Shown here: positions 31,819-41,604 of the stretch, piece by piece
How the letters are laid out: each line of letters begins with the position of its first letter
Position numbering within the stretch: position 1 is the stretch's first letter
NCBI GenBank assembly: GCA_963746845.1
Contig: CAVVCZ010000005.1
Span: 288,001 to 352,000, forward strand
Direction of reading: 5' to 3'
Length of the DNA: 64,000 nt
Source of the DNA: an uncultured Chloroflexia bacterium
Lineage (GTDB): Bacteria > Chloroflexota > Limnocylindria > Limnocylindrales > CSP1-4
The notes under the pieces: model-generated
What the model was told of the DNA's origin: nothing
Databases searched by the model: none
The model's input: the letters and a program-made list of their open reading frames with translations, nothing else
Made by a program: the position numbers and the translations under genes

Positions 31819-31912
31819 CGGACGGCCTTTCTCGCGCGAGACGACAAGACGGCGCACGCGACGCCGTCGACGCATGGTGGTCTTCCCGGAGCGGCCGTTC
31901 GACGCCGAATGC

Positions 31913-31939
31913 GTTGCCGCTCGGTTGCGGTCCGGTTGC
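31913..31939 (-). promoter_or_regulatory. Triple GCAAC direct repeat with 11-bp period (OmpR/GlnR-like box candidate)
   Basis: GTTGC on + strand at 31913, 31924 and 31935. Confidence 0.5.
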
Positions 31940-31960
31940 GTCGAGAACGGTCGGCGGCGG

Positions 31961-34900
31961 TCAGGCGGCGGTTCCGGCGACCGGCACCGGTTCGACCACC
32001 GGCAGCGCCGGAGCATCGGTCGCCACGACGACCGGCATCGAGAGCCCGGCCGGCTCGACGAGCCAGACGGCGGCCGTGAGCGCGGCGAGATCGCCGAGGA
32101 GGCGGTCTGCCAGCCGTGAGCCGGCGGCCCGCTGGCCCTCGAGGAGCGCGATCAGTTCCTCGACGAGCTCCGGCCCGTCCTCCCGCTCCACCGCGATGGC
32201 GGCCAGCCGATGGGCCCCGACGCTGCGCGTGTCGAGGGCCGCAAGATGACGGCCGTCCGGATCGAACAGGAAGGCACGGCCGCCGGTCATCCCGGCCCCG
32301 AAGTTCGCCCCGACCGGTCCCAGCACCACGACCGTTCCGCCCGTCATGTACTCGCAGCCGTGCGGGCCGAGGCCCTCCACGACCGCCCGAGCACCGGAGT
32401 TCCGCACGGCGAACCGCATCCCGGCCCGCCCCACGACATGCAGCCGCCCGCCCGTCGCACCGTACAAGCAGGTGTTGCCCGCGATCGCCTGGCGATGCGG
32501 CTCTGCGGCGAGCCGGGGCTCCGGCGCGATGACGACGGTGCCGCCGGACAGGCCCTTGGCCACGTAGTCGTTCGCCTGCCCGACGAGCCGCAGCTGGACG
32601 CCCGGGCCCGTGAAGGCGCCGAACGACTGGCCGGCCGCGCCACGCAGCCCGAGCGCGATCGGCCCGGCGAGGTCGCCCCGCTCGATCGCCCCGGTCAGAC
32701 CGGCGCCGAAGGATCGGTCGGCCGTCGACAGCGCGAGCCCGTCGGCCCGGAACCCGGACTGGCCGCGGAGCGCCGCCACGAGCCGTCGTTCGAGCGGACT
32801 GGCCTCACCGTGCTGGACGTCGCGACCCGCCGATTCCGGCGCTCGTCGTCGGGCGGGGCTCGCGGTCCACGACGCCGCACCGACGACCGGCGCCAGGTCC
32901 AGCGTCTGCAGCCGGCGATCCGGCACGAGGAACCGGCGCGATTCGCCGACCAGCTCGCCGACCTCGCGCGCGCCGACGGCCGCCATCTCGATCCGCAGGC
33001 TCTCGGCCAGGGCGAGCGCAAACCGCTCGACCTGGTCGGGCGTGCCGGCGAACTTGGCCCGCAGGTCCTCGCGCTGCGTCGCGATCCCGGTCGGACACGT
33101 GTCGAGATGGCACTGACGGGCCATGTCGCAGCCGACCGCAACGAGCATCGCCGTCCCGAACGCGAACTCCTCGGCGCCGAGGAGCGCGGCGATCAGCAGA
33201 TCCCGGCCGGTGCGGAGCCCGCCGTCCGTGCGAAGTGCCACGCGGTCGCGCAGCCCGTTCCGGAGCAGGGTCTGGTGGACCTCGGCCAGGCCGAGCTCCC
33301 ACGGCGCTCCGACGTGCTTGATCGAGCTGAGCGGCGAGGCCCCCGTCCCGCCCGCATGCCCCGACAGGTGGACATACGTGGCGCCCGCCTTCGCGACGCC
33401 GGCCGCGATCGTCCCGACGCCGCGGCTCGCGACGAGCTTGACGCCGATCCGAGCGGCCGGGTTGATCGCCCGGAGGTCGGCGATCAGCTGGGCGAGGTCC
33501 TCGATCGAGTAGATGTCGTGGTGCGGCGGCGGGCTGATGTAGCTCATCCCGGGCTGGCCGCGCCGGAGCGATGCGATCCAGGCGGTCGCCTTCTTTGCGG
33601 GCAGCTGGCCGCCCTCGCCGGGCTTCGAGCCCTGGGCGATCTTGATCTCGAGCTGCTCGCCGCGGGCGAGGTAGGTGGCGGTCACGCCGAACCGGGCCGA
33701 GGCGACCTGCTTGATCCGGGCGTCATGGCGCTCGCCGTTCGGTCCCGGGCTGTACCAGCCCGGGTCCTCGCCGCCCTCGCCGGTGTTCGCGGCGCCGCCG
33801 GCCCGCTGGATCCCGATCGTCAGCGCCTGGTGGGCCTCGGGCGACAACGCGCCGACGGACATCGCGCTCACGACGAACCGGCGGGCGATCGAGCGCGCGG
33901 GCTCGACCTTCGCGAGCGGGATCGGGTCGTGGCCGCGCGGGCGGCGGATCCGGAAGAGGTCCCGGACCACGGTCGGGGTCGCGGCGACGGCGGGCGTCGT
34001 GGCCGGCGCCGCGGGATCGACGGCCTCGGGCGCGAACCCGGACGCCGCCTGGATGGTCGCAACGACCTTCGGTGCGTAGCGGTGGACCTCGCCATCGGCG
34101 CGGAACCGGGCGAACCCCGGGTCCTGGAGCTTGTTCGCGGGCGTCTCCGGGGCGATGGATCGCGAGGCGGCTCGCCGGCGCAGCTGACGCTCGGCCAGCT
34201 CCGCGAGCCCGACCCGGCCCGTCCACGCGGGGGCCGCCGGGAAGCACCGATCACGCACGTCGGCCGCGAGCTCGACCGACTCGAACAGCCCACCGCCGAT
34301 GTACGAGGCCGCGGTGCTGATCCCCATCCGGGCGAGCGTCTTGCGCAGGCCGGCGTCGAACGCGTCGATCAGGTTGCCGACGGTGGCGGCCGCATCGAGA
34401 TCCTCGGCGCCCCGGCCGCCTGCCAGCTCGGTCGCCAGCTCCACCGCGAGCCACGGAACGACGACGGTGGCACCCGTCGCGAGGACCATCGCGGCGCCAT
34501 GGACGTCGAGGACGTCGGCCGCCTCGACCACGACATCGGCCCGGCCCCGGAGCCCGGCCCGGGTCAGCGCCGTGTGGACGGCGCCCGCCGCGAGGATCGA
34601 GGGCACGGGCAGCCGGTCGGCGTGATAACCCCGGTCGCTCACGACGAGAAGGTCGATCCGGCCGCCGGCCGCGGCCACCGCTTCCGCGGCGAGGCGATCG
34701 AGGGCGGACGCGAGACCCGCCGGCCCGTCGATCGCCGCCCAGGTCGCATCCAGCCGACGCGTCGGACCGGGGAAGGCGCGGAGGAGTGCCGGGAGGTCCG
34801 CGAGGAACGGGCGCTCGAGCCGGAGCGTCCGCGACGCGCGCGGCGGGCCGCCGAGCAGGGGCGAGCGACGGCCCAGCTCGACCCGGAGATCCATGACGGC

Positions 34901-36562
34901 CCGCTCGCGCTCCGGGTCGATCGGCGGGTTCGTCACCTGGGCGAACGACTGGCGGAGGTGGTCGGCGATCGGCCGGTCGATCCGCCCGAGCGCCGGCGTC
35001 GGTGTGTCGTCGCCCATGCTCCACAGGGGCTCGTGCCCCTCGAGAGCCATCGTCCGGATGTCGAGGCGGGCGTTCTCCGCGTGCAGACCGGCGAGGAACC
35101 GCAGATCCGAGGTCGTCTCCGGCCCGGACGCGGCCGGTGCGAGGGACGAGTCATCCTCGCCGACCGGGGGATCGGCGTGGGTGGGGCGGGGCGCGTCGTG
35201 GATCGGCAGGCGCCGGAGGAGGTGCGCCTTCGCCTCCGCGTCCTCGAGGATCAGCCCGCGCCCGGGCTCGACGAGGAACAGCTCGCCCGGTCCGAGACGA
35301 CCGCGCCGGACCGTCTCCTCGGGGCGCAGCGGGATCGCACCCGCCTCGCTTGCAACCGCGACGAGCCGGTCCCGGGTGACCGCGAACGCGGCCGGCCGGA
35401 GCCCGTTCCGATCGGCGATGGCCCCGACGCGCCGGCCGTCGCCGAAGACGATCGCGGCCGGACCGTCCCATGGCGCGAGGAACCCGGCGGTCCGGCGGCG
35501 CAGCGCGGCGACATGCGGATGGGGCGCACGACGCAGCCCGAGCGCCTCGGGCATCGCCGTCAGGAGTGCCGAGCCGAGATCCCAGCCCGTCGCCACGAGG
35601 AGCTCCAGCATCTCGTCGAGCGACTGGGAATCGGAGCCGTCCGCCGTGAGGAGGGGACCGGACGTGCGCAGCTCGGCGGCCACGGTCGCCGACGCCCCGA
35701 TCGGGTCGCCCGCCCGTCCGCGTACCTGGGCGCGATTGCCGCGGACCGTGTTGATCTCGCCATTGTGGGCGATCGTCCGGAACGGCTGGGCGAGGCGCCA
35801 CGTCGGCTGGGTGTTCGTGGCGTAGCGCTGGTGGAAGAGGGCGTACGGCACGCGGATGGCGGGCGAGCGGAGATCCGGGAAGAGATCGGGCAGCCGGGCG
35901 CCCGTCACCAGGCCCTTGTAGACGATCGTCCGGCACGAGGCGGACGGGATCGCGATGACCTCGCCGAGCCCGGCCGTGCGGGCCGCCGTCTCGAGCCGTC
36001 GGCGGAGGACGACGAGCCGCGCCTCGAACGCGGCGTCGGACATCGGGGCGGCCGAGCCGGGCGCCGGCGGTCGATGGATGAACGCCTGGACGAACGCGGG
36101 CCGGCAGGCCCGGGCCGCGGCCCCGAGGGCCGACGGGTCGACCGGCACGGTCCGCCAGTCGATCACCGCGAGACCGGACGCGCGGATCGCCTCGGCGACG
36201 AGCCGGCGCGCGGCGCCGGCGCGGGCGCCGGGCCCGGTCCGCGGAAGGAAGAGCTGGAGAACGCCGGGTCGTTCGGCGCTCCATGTCGAGTCCAGGCCGA
36301 GGGCGCCGAGGACGGTGGGATCAAGGGGGAGCGAGACGCCGGCGCCATCCGATGACGCGCCGTCGGCCCCGAACGCCCCGCGGTGGGCCAGGGCGGCCAG
36401 GCCGCCGAGCGCCAGGGGGAGGACCTCCGCCCGGCGGCTCCCGCCGGCGTCCGCGACGAACCCGATGCCGCACGCGTCGTGCTCGAACGCCGGGTCGTAG
36501 AGCGGCGCGACGACGTCGTCCGATCGACGGCGAGGGCGACGCTGTGGCGGTTCGACGGTCAT
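31961..36562 (-). CDS. gltB: Glutamate synthase large subunit
   Basis: EHDACGIGF (Cys1), HQRYATNT, HNGEINT, QVTNPPID, NTGEGGE, IAQGSKPGEGGQL, CDMARQCHLDTC, GCEYMTGG. Confidence 0.96.
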   Translation of the reverse strand: MTVEPPQRRPRRRSDDVVAPLYDPAFEHDACGIGFVADAGGSRRAEVLPLALGGLAALAHRGAFGADGASSDGAGVSLPLDPTVLGALGLDSTWSAERPGVLQLFLPRTGPGARAGAARRLVAEAIRASGLAVIDWRTVPVDPSALGAAARACRPAFVQAFIHRPPAPGSAAPMSDAAFEARLVVLRRRLETAARTAGLGEVIAIPSASCRTIVYKGLVTGARLPDLFPDLRSPAIRVPYALFHQRYATNTQPTWRLAQPFRTIAHNGEINTVRGNRAQVRGRAGDPIGASATVAAELRTSGPLLTADGSDSQSLDEMLELLVATGWDLGSALLTAMPEALGLRRAPHPHVAALRRRTAGFLAPWDGPAAIVFGDGRRVGAIADRNGLRPAAFAVTRDRLVAVASEAGAIPLRPEETVRRGRLGPGELFLVEPGRGLILEDAEAKAHLLRRLPIHDAPRPTHADPPVGEDDSSLAPAASGPETTSDLRFLAGLHAENARLDIRTMALEGHEPLWSMGDDTPTPALGRIDRPIADHLRQSFAQVTNPPIDPERERAVMDLRVELGRRSPLLGGPPRASRTLRLERPFLADLPALLRAFPGPTRRLDATWAAIDGPAGLASALDRLAAEAVAAAGGRIDLLVVSDRGYHADRLPVPSILAAGAVHTALTRAGLRGRADVVVEAADVLDVHGAAMVLATGATVVVPWLAVELATELAGGRGAEDLDAAATVGNLIDAFDAGLRKTLARMGISTAASYIGGGLFESVELAADVRDRCFPAAPAWTGRVGLAELAERQLRRRAASRSIAPETPANKLQDPGFARFRADGEVHRYAPKVVATIQAASGFAPEAVDPAAPATTPAVAATPTVVRDLFRIRRPRGHDPIPLAKVEPARSIARRFVVSAMSVGALSPEAHQALTIGIQRAGGAANTGEGGEDPGWYSPGPNGERHDARIKQVASARFGVTATYLARGEQLEIKIAQGSKPGEGGQLPAKKATAWIASLRRGQPGMSYISPPPHHDIYSIEDLAQLIADLRAINPAARIGVKLVASRGVGTIAAGVAKAGATYVHLSGHAGGTGASPLSSIKHVGAPWELGLAEVHQTLLRNGLRDRVALRTDGGLRTGRDLLIAALLGAEEFAFGTAMLVAVGCDMARQCHLDTCPTGIATQREDLRAKFAGTPDQVERFALALAESLRIEMAAVGAREVGELVGESRRFLVPDRRLQTLDLAPVVGAASWTASPARRRAPESAGRDVQHGEASPLERRLVAALRGQSGFRADGLALSTADRSFGAGLTGAIERGDLAGPIALGLRGAAGQSFGAFTGPGVQLRLVGQANDYVAKGLSGGTVVIAPEPRLAAEPHRQAIAGNTCLYGATGGRLHVVGRAGMRFAVRNSGARAVVEGLGPHGCEYMTGGTVVVLGPVGANFGAGMTGGRAFLFDPDGRHLAALDTRSVGAHRLAAIAVEREDGPELVEELIALLEGQRAAGSRLADRLLGDLAALTAAVWLVEPAGLSMPVVVATDAPALPVVEPVPVAGTAA

Positions 36563-36719
36563 CCGGACGGTGACTCCGATGGTCCGTCGGCGTTGGACCG
36601 ACGGTGGCTCGACCGACCGCCCGGGAGGAGCCGGACGGTCGGTCGATGGGTGGTGGGTCGGCGGGAGCCGACCGAGGGACGACGGCGGGCCGGGAGGTCT
36701 CCGGCCCGCCGTCGTCGGA

Positions 36720-37949
36720 TCAGCCCTGGTAGGCCACCTCGCCATGGACGGCGAGGTCGATGCCGAGCTCCTCGTCCTTGGCCGAGATCCGGATCCCGAG
36801 GACGAGATCGACGACCTTGACAATCACGAAGGTGGCGACGACGGCGTAGGCGATCGTCGCGACGACCGCGACCAGCTGGGTCAGGACCTGGCCCGGATTG
36901 CCGTCGATCAGGCCGGAGTAGGCCGACTGGATGGCGGAGGTGGCGAAGACGCCGGTCGCGATGGCCCCGAAGACGCCGCCGACCCCGTGGACCGCGAAGA
37001 CGTCCAGCGCGTCATCGACCTTGAGTCGAGCGCGGAGGAGCGTCGCGCTGTAGCACAGCCCGCCCGCGACGAGACCGATGATGATCGCCCCACCGGGGGT
37101 CACGTAGCCGGAGGCCGGCGTGATCGCGACAAGCCCCGCGACGGCGCCGCACGCCGCGCCGACGACGCTGACCTTGCGGTGGTGTAGATAGCTCGCGCCG
37201 ACCCAGGTCAGGGTCGCCGCCGCGGCGGCGGTGTTCGTGACGATGAACGCGCTCGCGGCGAGCCCGCCGGCCGTCACTGCCGACCCGGCGTTGAAGCCGA
37301 ACCAGCCGAACCACAGGAGACCCGCGCCCAGGATGGTCATCGGGATGTCGTGCGGCTCCATCCGGTCGCCGTTGATGACGCGCCGGCCGATCAGGAGAGC
37401 GACGATCAGCGCCGAGAGACCGGACGAGGCGTGGACGACGGTGCCGCCCGCAAAGTCCAGGGCGCCCAGCTTGTACAGCCAGCCGTCGGTCGCCCAGACC
37501 CAGTGCGCGATCGGGGAGTACACGAGGATCGACCAGAGGATCGTGAAGAGAACGAAGGACGCGAAGCGCTTGCGCTCGGCGAAGGCGCCCGTGATCAGCG
37601 CGGGCGTGATCGCGGCGAACATCAGCTGGAAGGCCGCGAACAGGACGAACGGGATCGTCGTCGCGTAGATCGTGCTCGGCTCGAGCCCCACGTTGAAGAA
37701 CCCGACAAAGTCGAGGTTGCCGACGAGCCCGGGGATCCCGAACAGGTTGGCATCCGGGGCGAAGGCGAGGCTGAACCCGATCAGGATCCAGACGATGCTC
37801 ACGATCGCCAGCCCGAAGAAGCTGTGCATGATCGTCGAGAGGACGTTCTTGCGCCGGACGAGGCCACCGTAGAACAGGGCCAGACCGGGCAACATGATCA
37901 TGACGAGCGCTGTAGCCGCCAGCATCCAGGCGGTATCGCCGCTATCCAT
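36720..37949 (-). CDS. amtB: Ammonium transporter
   Basis: DSGDTAWML, FYGGLVRRKN, DFAGGTVVH, WFGWFGFNAGS, HG. Confidence 0.97.
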   Translation of the reverse strand: MDSGDTAWMLAATALVMIMLPGLALFYGGLVRRKNVLSTIMHSFFGLAIVSIVWILIGFSLAFAPDANLFGIPGLVGNLDFVGFFNVGLEPSTIYATTIPFVLFAAFQLMFAAITPALITGAFAERKRFASFVLFTILWSILVYSPIAHWVWATDGWLYKLGALDFAGGTVVHASSGLSALIVALLIGRRVINGDRMEPHDIPMTILGAGLLWFGWFGFNAGSAVTAGGLAASAFIVTNTAAAAATLTWVGASYLHHRKVSVVGAACGAVAGLVAITPASGYVTPGGAIIIGLVAGGLCYSATLLRARLKVDDALDVFAVHGVGGVFGAIATGVFATSAIQSAYSGLIDGNPGQVLTQLVAVVATIAYAVVATFVIVKVVDLVLGIRISAKDEELGIDLAVHGEVAYQG

Positions 37950-38076
37950 CAATCCCGTCCTCCGCGCGGCGGCCATGACTCCCGTAGGCCGCTCTGGCGG
38001 GAGGATGGGCGTCACGCGCGGGCGGTTCGCCGCCGGGCGGGTCCCGAAAAGGATGCGATCAGGTTGCGATTGGCTG

Positions 38077-38460
38077 CTACCGGGCCGCGCGCTCCCTCGA
38101 CGCGGCGGTCGCGTCGTTCTCGGCGAGCCGGATCCCGATCACCTTCGTCACCGTTTCGACCGGGATCGGCCGGTTGGCCGGGAAGCGGATCGTCCCGCGG
38201 CCCGCGAGGTACGGCCGGATCTCGTCGCCGAGCGCCTCGACCACCGCGTCGCTCGCCGGAAAGACGCTGTAGTGGTTCTTGTAGGCGTCGTACGAGACCA
38301 GGAAGTGGCCGTGCGTCTTGAACGCCGGCATCTTGTACGAGAGCACCTCATCCGCCTTCGGAGCGGCGGCGCGGATCGTCGCCCGGAGGATGTCCATCGC
38401 CGGGCGCTTGTCCGCCGGCAGCGCGGCGAAGTACTCGTCGACGGTCGTCGGTTCGGCCAT
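38077..38460 (-). CDS. DUF1801/YdhG family protein
   Basis: TVDEYFAAL, LSYKMPAF, GTIRFP. Confidence 0.85.
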   Translation of the reverse strand: MAEPTTVDEYFAALPADKRPAMDILRATIRAAAPKADEVLSYKMPAFKTHGHFLVSYDAYKNHYSVFPASDAVVEALGDEIRPYLAGRGTIRFPANRPIPVETVTKVIGIRLAENDATAASRERAAR

Positions 38461-38537
38461 GTCCGCCCTCCCTCGATGCCATGGATGAGCCACCGGGCTT
38501 CGATCCATGGTGCCATGCGCCGCATACCATCCGCGGC

Positions 38538-39272
38538 ATGACGCTCCACGATCGGGCCCGGTCACTCGCCGACCGCTGGCCCGAGACGCGCCGTCGCCGG
38601 GCGGCGGCCGTGATCGCCATCCTCGCGGTGTTCGTGGCTACGCTCATCGCTTCGTCGCGACTGCTCCGGCTCGTCTTCGAGGACATCGACGTCATCGCCT
38701 ACGTCGGTCTCTTCATCGCCTGCTGGATCGGCGCCGGCGGCGCGCTGGTGCCGGTCCCCGGGGTGCGGCCGATCAGCTGGTTCATGGTCATCCAGCAGTC
38801 CGCCGCGCTCAGCCCCCTGATCGTCATCGCGCTCGCGACGAGCGCGATGGTGCTCGGGCAGTCGTCGTACTTCGCGGCGACTCGGGCGGCGCTCCGCAGG
38901 CAGGCGAGGGCCGGACTCCAGGGCGATCCAGGTGCCGAACCCGCGTCGCCCGAGCCGGCGCCCGCCGAACCCGTTCCCGCGGGGCCGGAACCGGACGAAG
39001 GTGGTCCCGCCGGGGGCGGCCCGCGAGCGTTCCTCACCCGGATGAAGGACGGCGTCGAGGGTCGGGTTCGCCGGCACGCCACGAGCACGGCGTTCCTCGT
39101 GTCCGCCCTCCCGAGCCCGATGACGACGGTGGCCACGACGGCGTCGGCGTCGGCCGGCACCGCCTACGCGAAGTGGGTCGTCCCCACGTTCTGCGGATAT
39201 CTCGTGTTCGTGAGCATCCTCGCGGGCGTCGGGCAGGCCCTGTTCCAGGGCATCCGCGGGCTCGTCACCTGA
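38538..39272 (+). CDS. Membrane protein (DedA/VTT-like)
   Basis: Multiple TM segments, ALVPVPG, LPSP motif. Confidence 0.6.
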   Translation: MTLHDRARSLADRWPETRRRRAAAVIAILAVFVATLIASSRLLRLVFEDIDVIAYVGLFIACWIGAGGALVPVPGVRPISWFMVIQQSAALSPLIVIALATSAMVLGQSSYFAATRAALRRQARAGLQGDPGAEPASPEPAPAEPVPAGPEPDEGGPAGGGPRAFLTRMKDGVEGRVRRHATSTAFLVSALPSPMTTVATTASASAGTAYAKWVVPTFCGYLVFVSILAGVGQALFQGIRGLVT

Positions 39273-39960
39273 CGGTCGACCGCTCCGCCTGACCCCGTCT
39301 GGCGGCGCGTTCGAGGCCGTCGAGCACCACATCGAGGCCGTACTCGAACTCGTCACCGTACTCGTACCCGGGCTGCATCACGTGCTCGGTGAGGAACTCG
39401 ACGAGGTTCGGGTACTCGTTGACGGGGAACGGCTCGAGCATGTCCTCCGCGACCGTCGCCGCGTTCGAGGCATCGAACGGCAGGCTCATCTTCGTCAGTG
39501 CGAACCCGTAGATGTAGCTGTCCAGGACGGAGTAGGCGTGGGCGACCATCTCCACGCTGAAGCCGGCCGCCCGGAGCCTGCCGATCACCGCGTCGTGATG
39601 GCGCAAGTTCGCCGGACCCGGACGCCGGCGCGACTCCATCAGGCCGATCGCCCACCGGTGGCGCGCCAGGGCGTCGCGAACCGAGATCGCCCGCCGGCGC
39701 ATCGCGATCTTCCAGTCGCCGCCACCGGACGGCACACCGATCTCGGTGAACACGACGTCGACCATCGCGTCGATGAGGTCGTCCTTGTTGGCGATGTGGC
39801 GGTACAGCGTCATCGGCGCGACGTCGAGCATCTCGGCGAGTGTTCGCATGGAGAGGGCCTCGAGCCCGTCCGCGTCGGCATGGGCGATGGCAGCGCTCAG
39901 CACCCGCTCGCGGCTCAGGCGGACGCGCGGTCCCGCTGTCGATGTCACGCCTGTGGCCAT
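39265..39960 (-). CDS. TetR/AcrR family regulator (TetR_C type)
   Basis: LSRERV...LSMRTLA..LDVAPMTLYRH, FEYGLDVVLDGL. Confidence 0.95.
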   Translation of the reverse strand: MATGVTSTAGPRVRLSRERVLSAAIAHADADGLEALSMRTLAEMLDVAPMTLYRHIANKDDLIDAMVDVVFTEIGVPSGGGDWKIAMRRRAISVRDALARHRWAIGLMESRRRPGPANLRHHDAVIGRLRAAGFSVEMVAHAYSVLDSYIYGFALTKMSLPFDASNAATVAEDMLEPFPVNEYPNLVEFLTEHVMQPGYEYGDEFEYGLDVVLDGLERAARRGQAERSTVR

Positions 39961-40003
39961 CCAGGAACTCCTCTGTCGTGCTCGAGGAATGAGGCGCTGT
40001 CTC

Positions 40004-40064
40004 TTGACAGCGTACACCGTACGCATTAGCGTACACCATACGCCACGGAGCGTACGCCGTACAT
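40004..40064 (+). promoter_or_regulatory. Promoter overlapped by three TetR operator palindromes
   Basis: TTGACA-N17-TAGCGT; GCGTACACCGTACGC (40010), GCGTACACCATACGC (40029), GCGTACGCCGTAC (40050). Confidence 0.8.
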
Positions 40065-40099
40065 CCAGAGCGGGACAGCCCAGGGAAGTCGAGGCCAGC

Positions 40100-41059
40100 A
40101 TGCAAGCGATCGTTCAAGACCGGTATGGCTCCGCCGAGGTGCTCGAAACCGGCAACGTCGACAAGCCCCGGATCGCCGACGACGAGGTCCTTGTCCACGT
40201 CCGCGCGGCGTCGATCCACCTCGGCGACTGGATCCTCATGACCGGTTCGCCCTTCGTCATGCGCTTCGCGACCGGCATGCGCCGGCCGAAGAACCGTGTG
40301 CCGGGAACCGATGTCGCCGGGACTGTCGAGGCGGTCGGCAAGGATGTGGCCGGGCTTCGGCCGGGCGACGAGGTGTTCGGGTGGTGCACTGGCGCCTTCG
40401 CCGAGTACGCGCGGGCACCCGAGGCCCAGTTCGTCCGGAAGCCGGCCAACCTCACGTTCGAGCAGGCGGCGGCCGTCGGCGTGTCCGCATCGACCGCCCT
40501 GCAGCTGCTTCGCGACGGGGCCAGGGTTCAACCAGGGCAGAAGGTACTGATCAACGGCGCCTCAGGCGGCGTGGGCACGTTCGCCGTTCAGATCGCCAAG
40601 GCCCTCGGAGCCGAGGTCACCGGCGTCACCAGCACGAAGAACGTCGCGATGGTCCGCTCCATCGGAGCCGATCACGTCATCGACTACACCCAGGAGGACT
40701 TCACGGAGGGCGCCGAGCGATACGACGTCATCCTCGACAACGTCGGCAACCACTCGATGGCCCGCACCCGGCGCGCGTTGACGCCGCTTGGAACCCTGAT
40801 CTCGAATGGCGGCGGCCATGCAAGCGGCAAGCTCGGACGGACGATCCGGACGATGCTCGTGTCGAAGTTCGTGAGCCAGCAGGCCGGCCCTTCGGTCAAG
40901 ATCCAGAACCACGACGACCTCGTCGCCTTGCAGGGCTACGTCGAAGCCGGAACGGTGACGCCCGTCATCGACCGGACCTACCCGCTGACCGAGACGCGCC
41001 AGGCGTTCGGGCACGTCGCCGGGGGACATGTCGCGGGCACGGTCGTCCTCACCGTCTGA
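40100..41059 (+). CDS. NAD(P)-dependent MDR oxidoreductase (quinone reductase-like)
   Basis: PGTDVAG, GDEVFG, INGASGGVG, VIDRTYPL. Confidence 0.92.
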   Translation: MQAIVQDRYGSAEVLETGNVDKPRIADDEVLVHVRAASIHLGDWILMTGSPFVMRFATGMRRPKNRVPGTDVAGTVEAVGKDVAGLRPGDEVFGWCTGAFAEYARAPEAQFVRKPANLTFEQAAAVGVSASTALQLLRDGARVQPGQKVLINGASGGVGTFAVQIAKALGAEVTGVTSTKNVAMVRSIGADHVIDYTQEDFTEGAERYDVILDNVGNHSMARTRRALTPLGTLISNGGGHASGKLGRTIRTMLVSKFVSQQAGPSVKIQNHDDLVALQGYVEAGTVTPVIDRTYPLTETRQAFGHVAGGHVAGTVVLTV

Positions 41060-41127
41060 CGCCGCGACGCCTCACGACAGCCACCCCACCACCGCAAACC
41101 TCACCCATCGCTCGGAAGGAGCCAATC

Positions 41128-41535
41128 ATGTCCAAGGCAACCGTCACGAAGTTCTTCATCGGCAGCCTGATCGCGTTCGCGGCCGGCGCCGTCGTCACCA
41201 TCATCGCCGTGGCCCTGGCGATGGCGAACGACCTGTTCGTGATGAACGGGTCCGACATCGTCGGGGTCCGAGGTGGCCCGCTGGCGTTGTCCCTGCTCCT
41301 GCTCGGGGTCGCGGGCGGCCTGACGGCCATCGGCGGGATGATCTCCGGCCTGGTGGCCTGGATCGGCGCGCTGCTCAACACGTGGCAGCTCGAGAGCAAG
41401 GCGTGGTTCGCCGTGCTGCTGCTGACCGGGATCTTCAACTTCGGGTTCGTCGCGATGATCGCGTACGTGATCGCCGGACCGGATGGCCGGGCGCCGATCG
41501 CACCGCGCGTCGCAGCGGCGCCGACCGCTGCCTGA
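41128..41535 (+). CDS. Hypothetical membrane protein
   Basis: AAGGAG RBS; 3 TM; WIGALLNT...YVIAGPDG. Confidence 0.75.
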   Translation: MSKATVTKFFIGSLIAFAAGAVVTIIAVALAMANDLFVMNGSDIVGVRGGPLALSLLLLGVAGGLTAIGGMISGLVAWIGALLNTWQLESKAWFAVLLLTGIFNFGFVAMIAYVIAGPDGRAPIAPRVAAAPTAA

Positions 41536-41604
41536 CGGCAGCACCAGATGGGCGTCGGCCAGCCCGGCCGGCGCCCGTTCGCCGGTCCTGACACGGAGAC
41601 ACAC

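Noticed and set aside
32210-36355. Very long antisense or alternative-frame ORFs (e.g. 1381 aa at 32210-36355, 932 aa at 26654-29452, 774 aa at 54719-57043)
   Set aside because: Shadow ORFs of real genes; stop codons are scarce at this GC content and the translations are Arg/Gly/Pro-rich with no motifs
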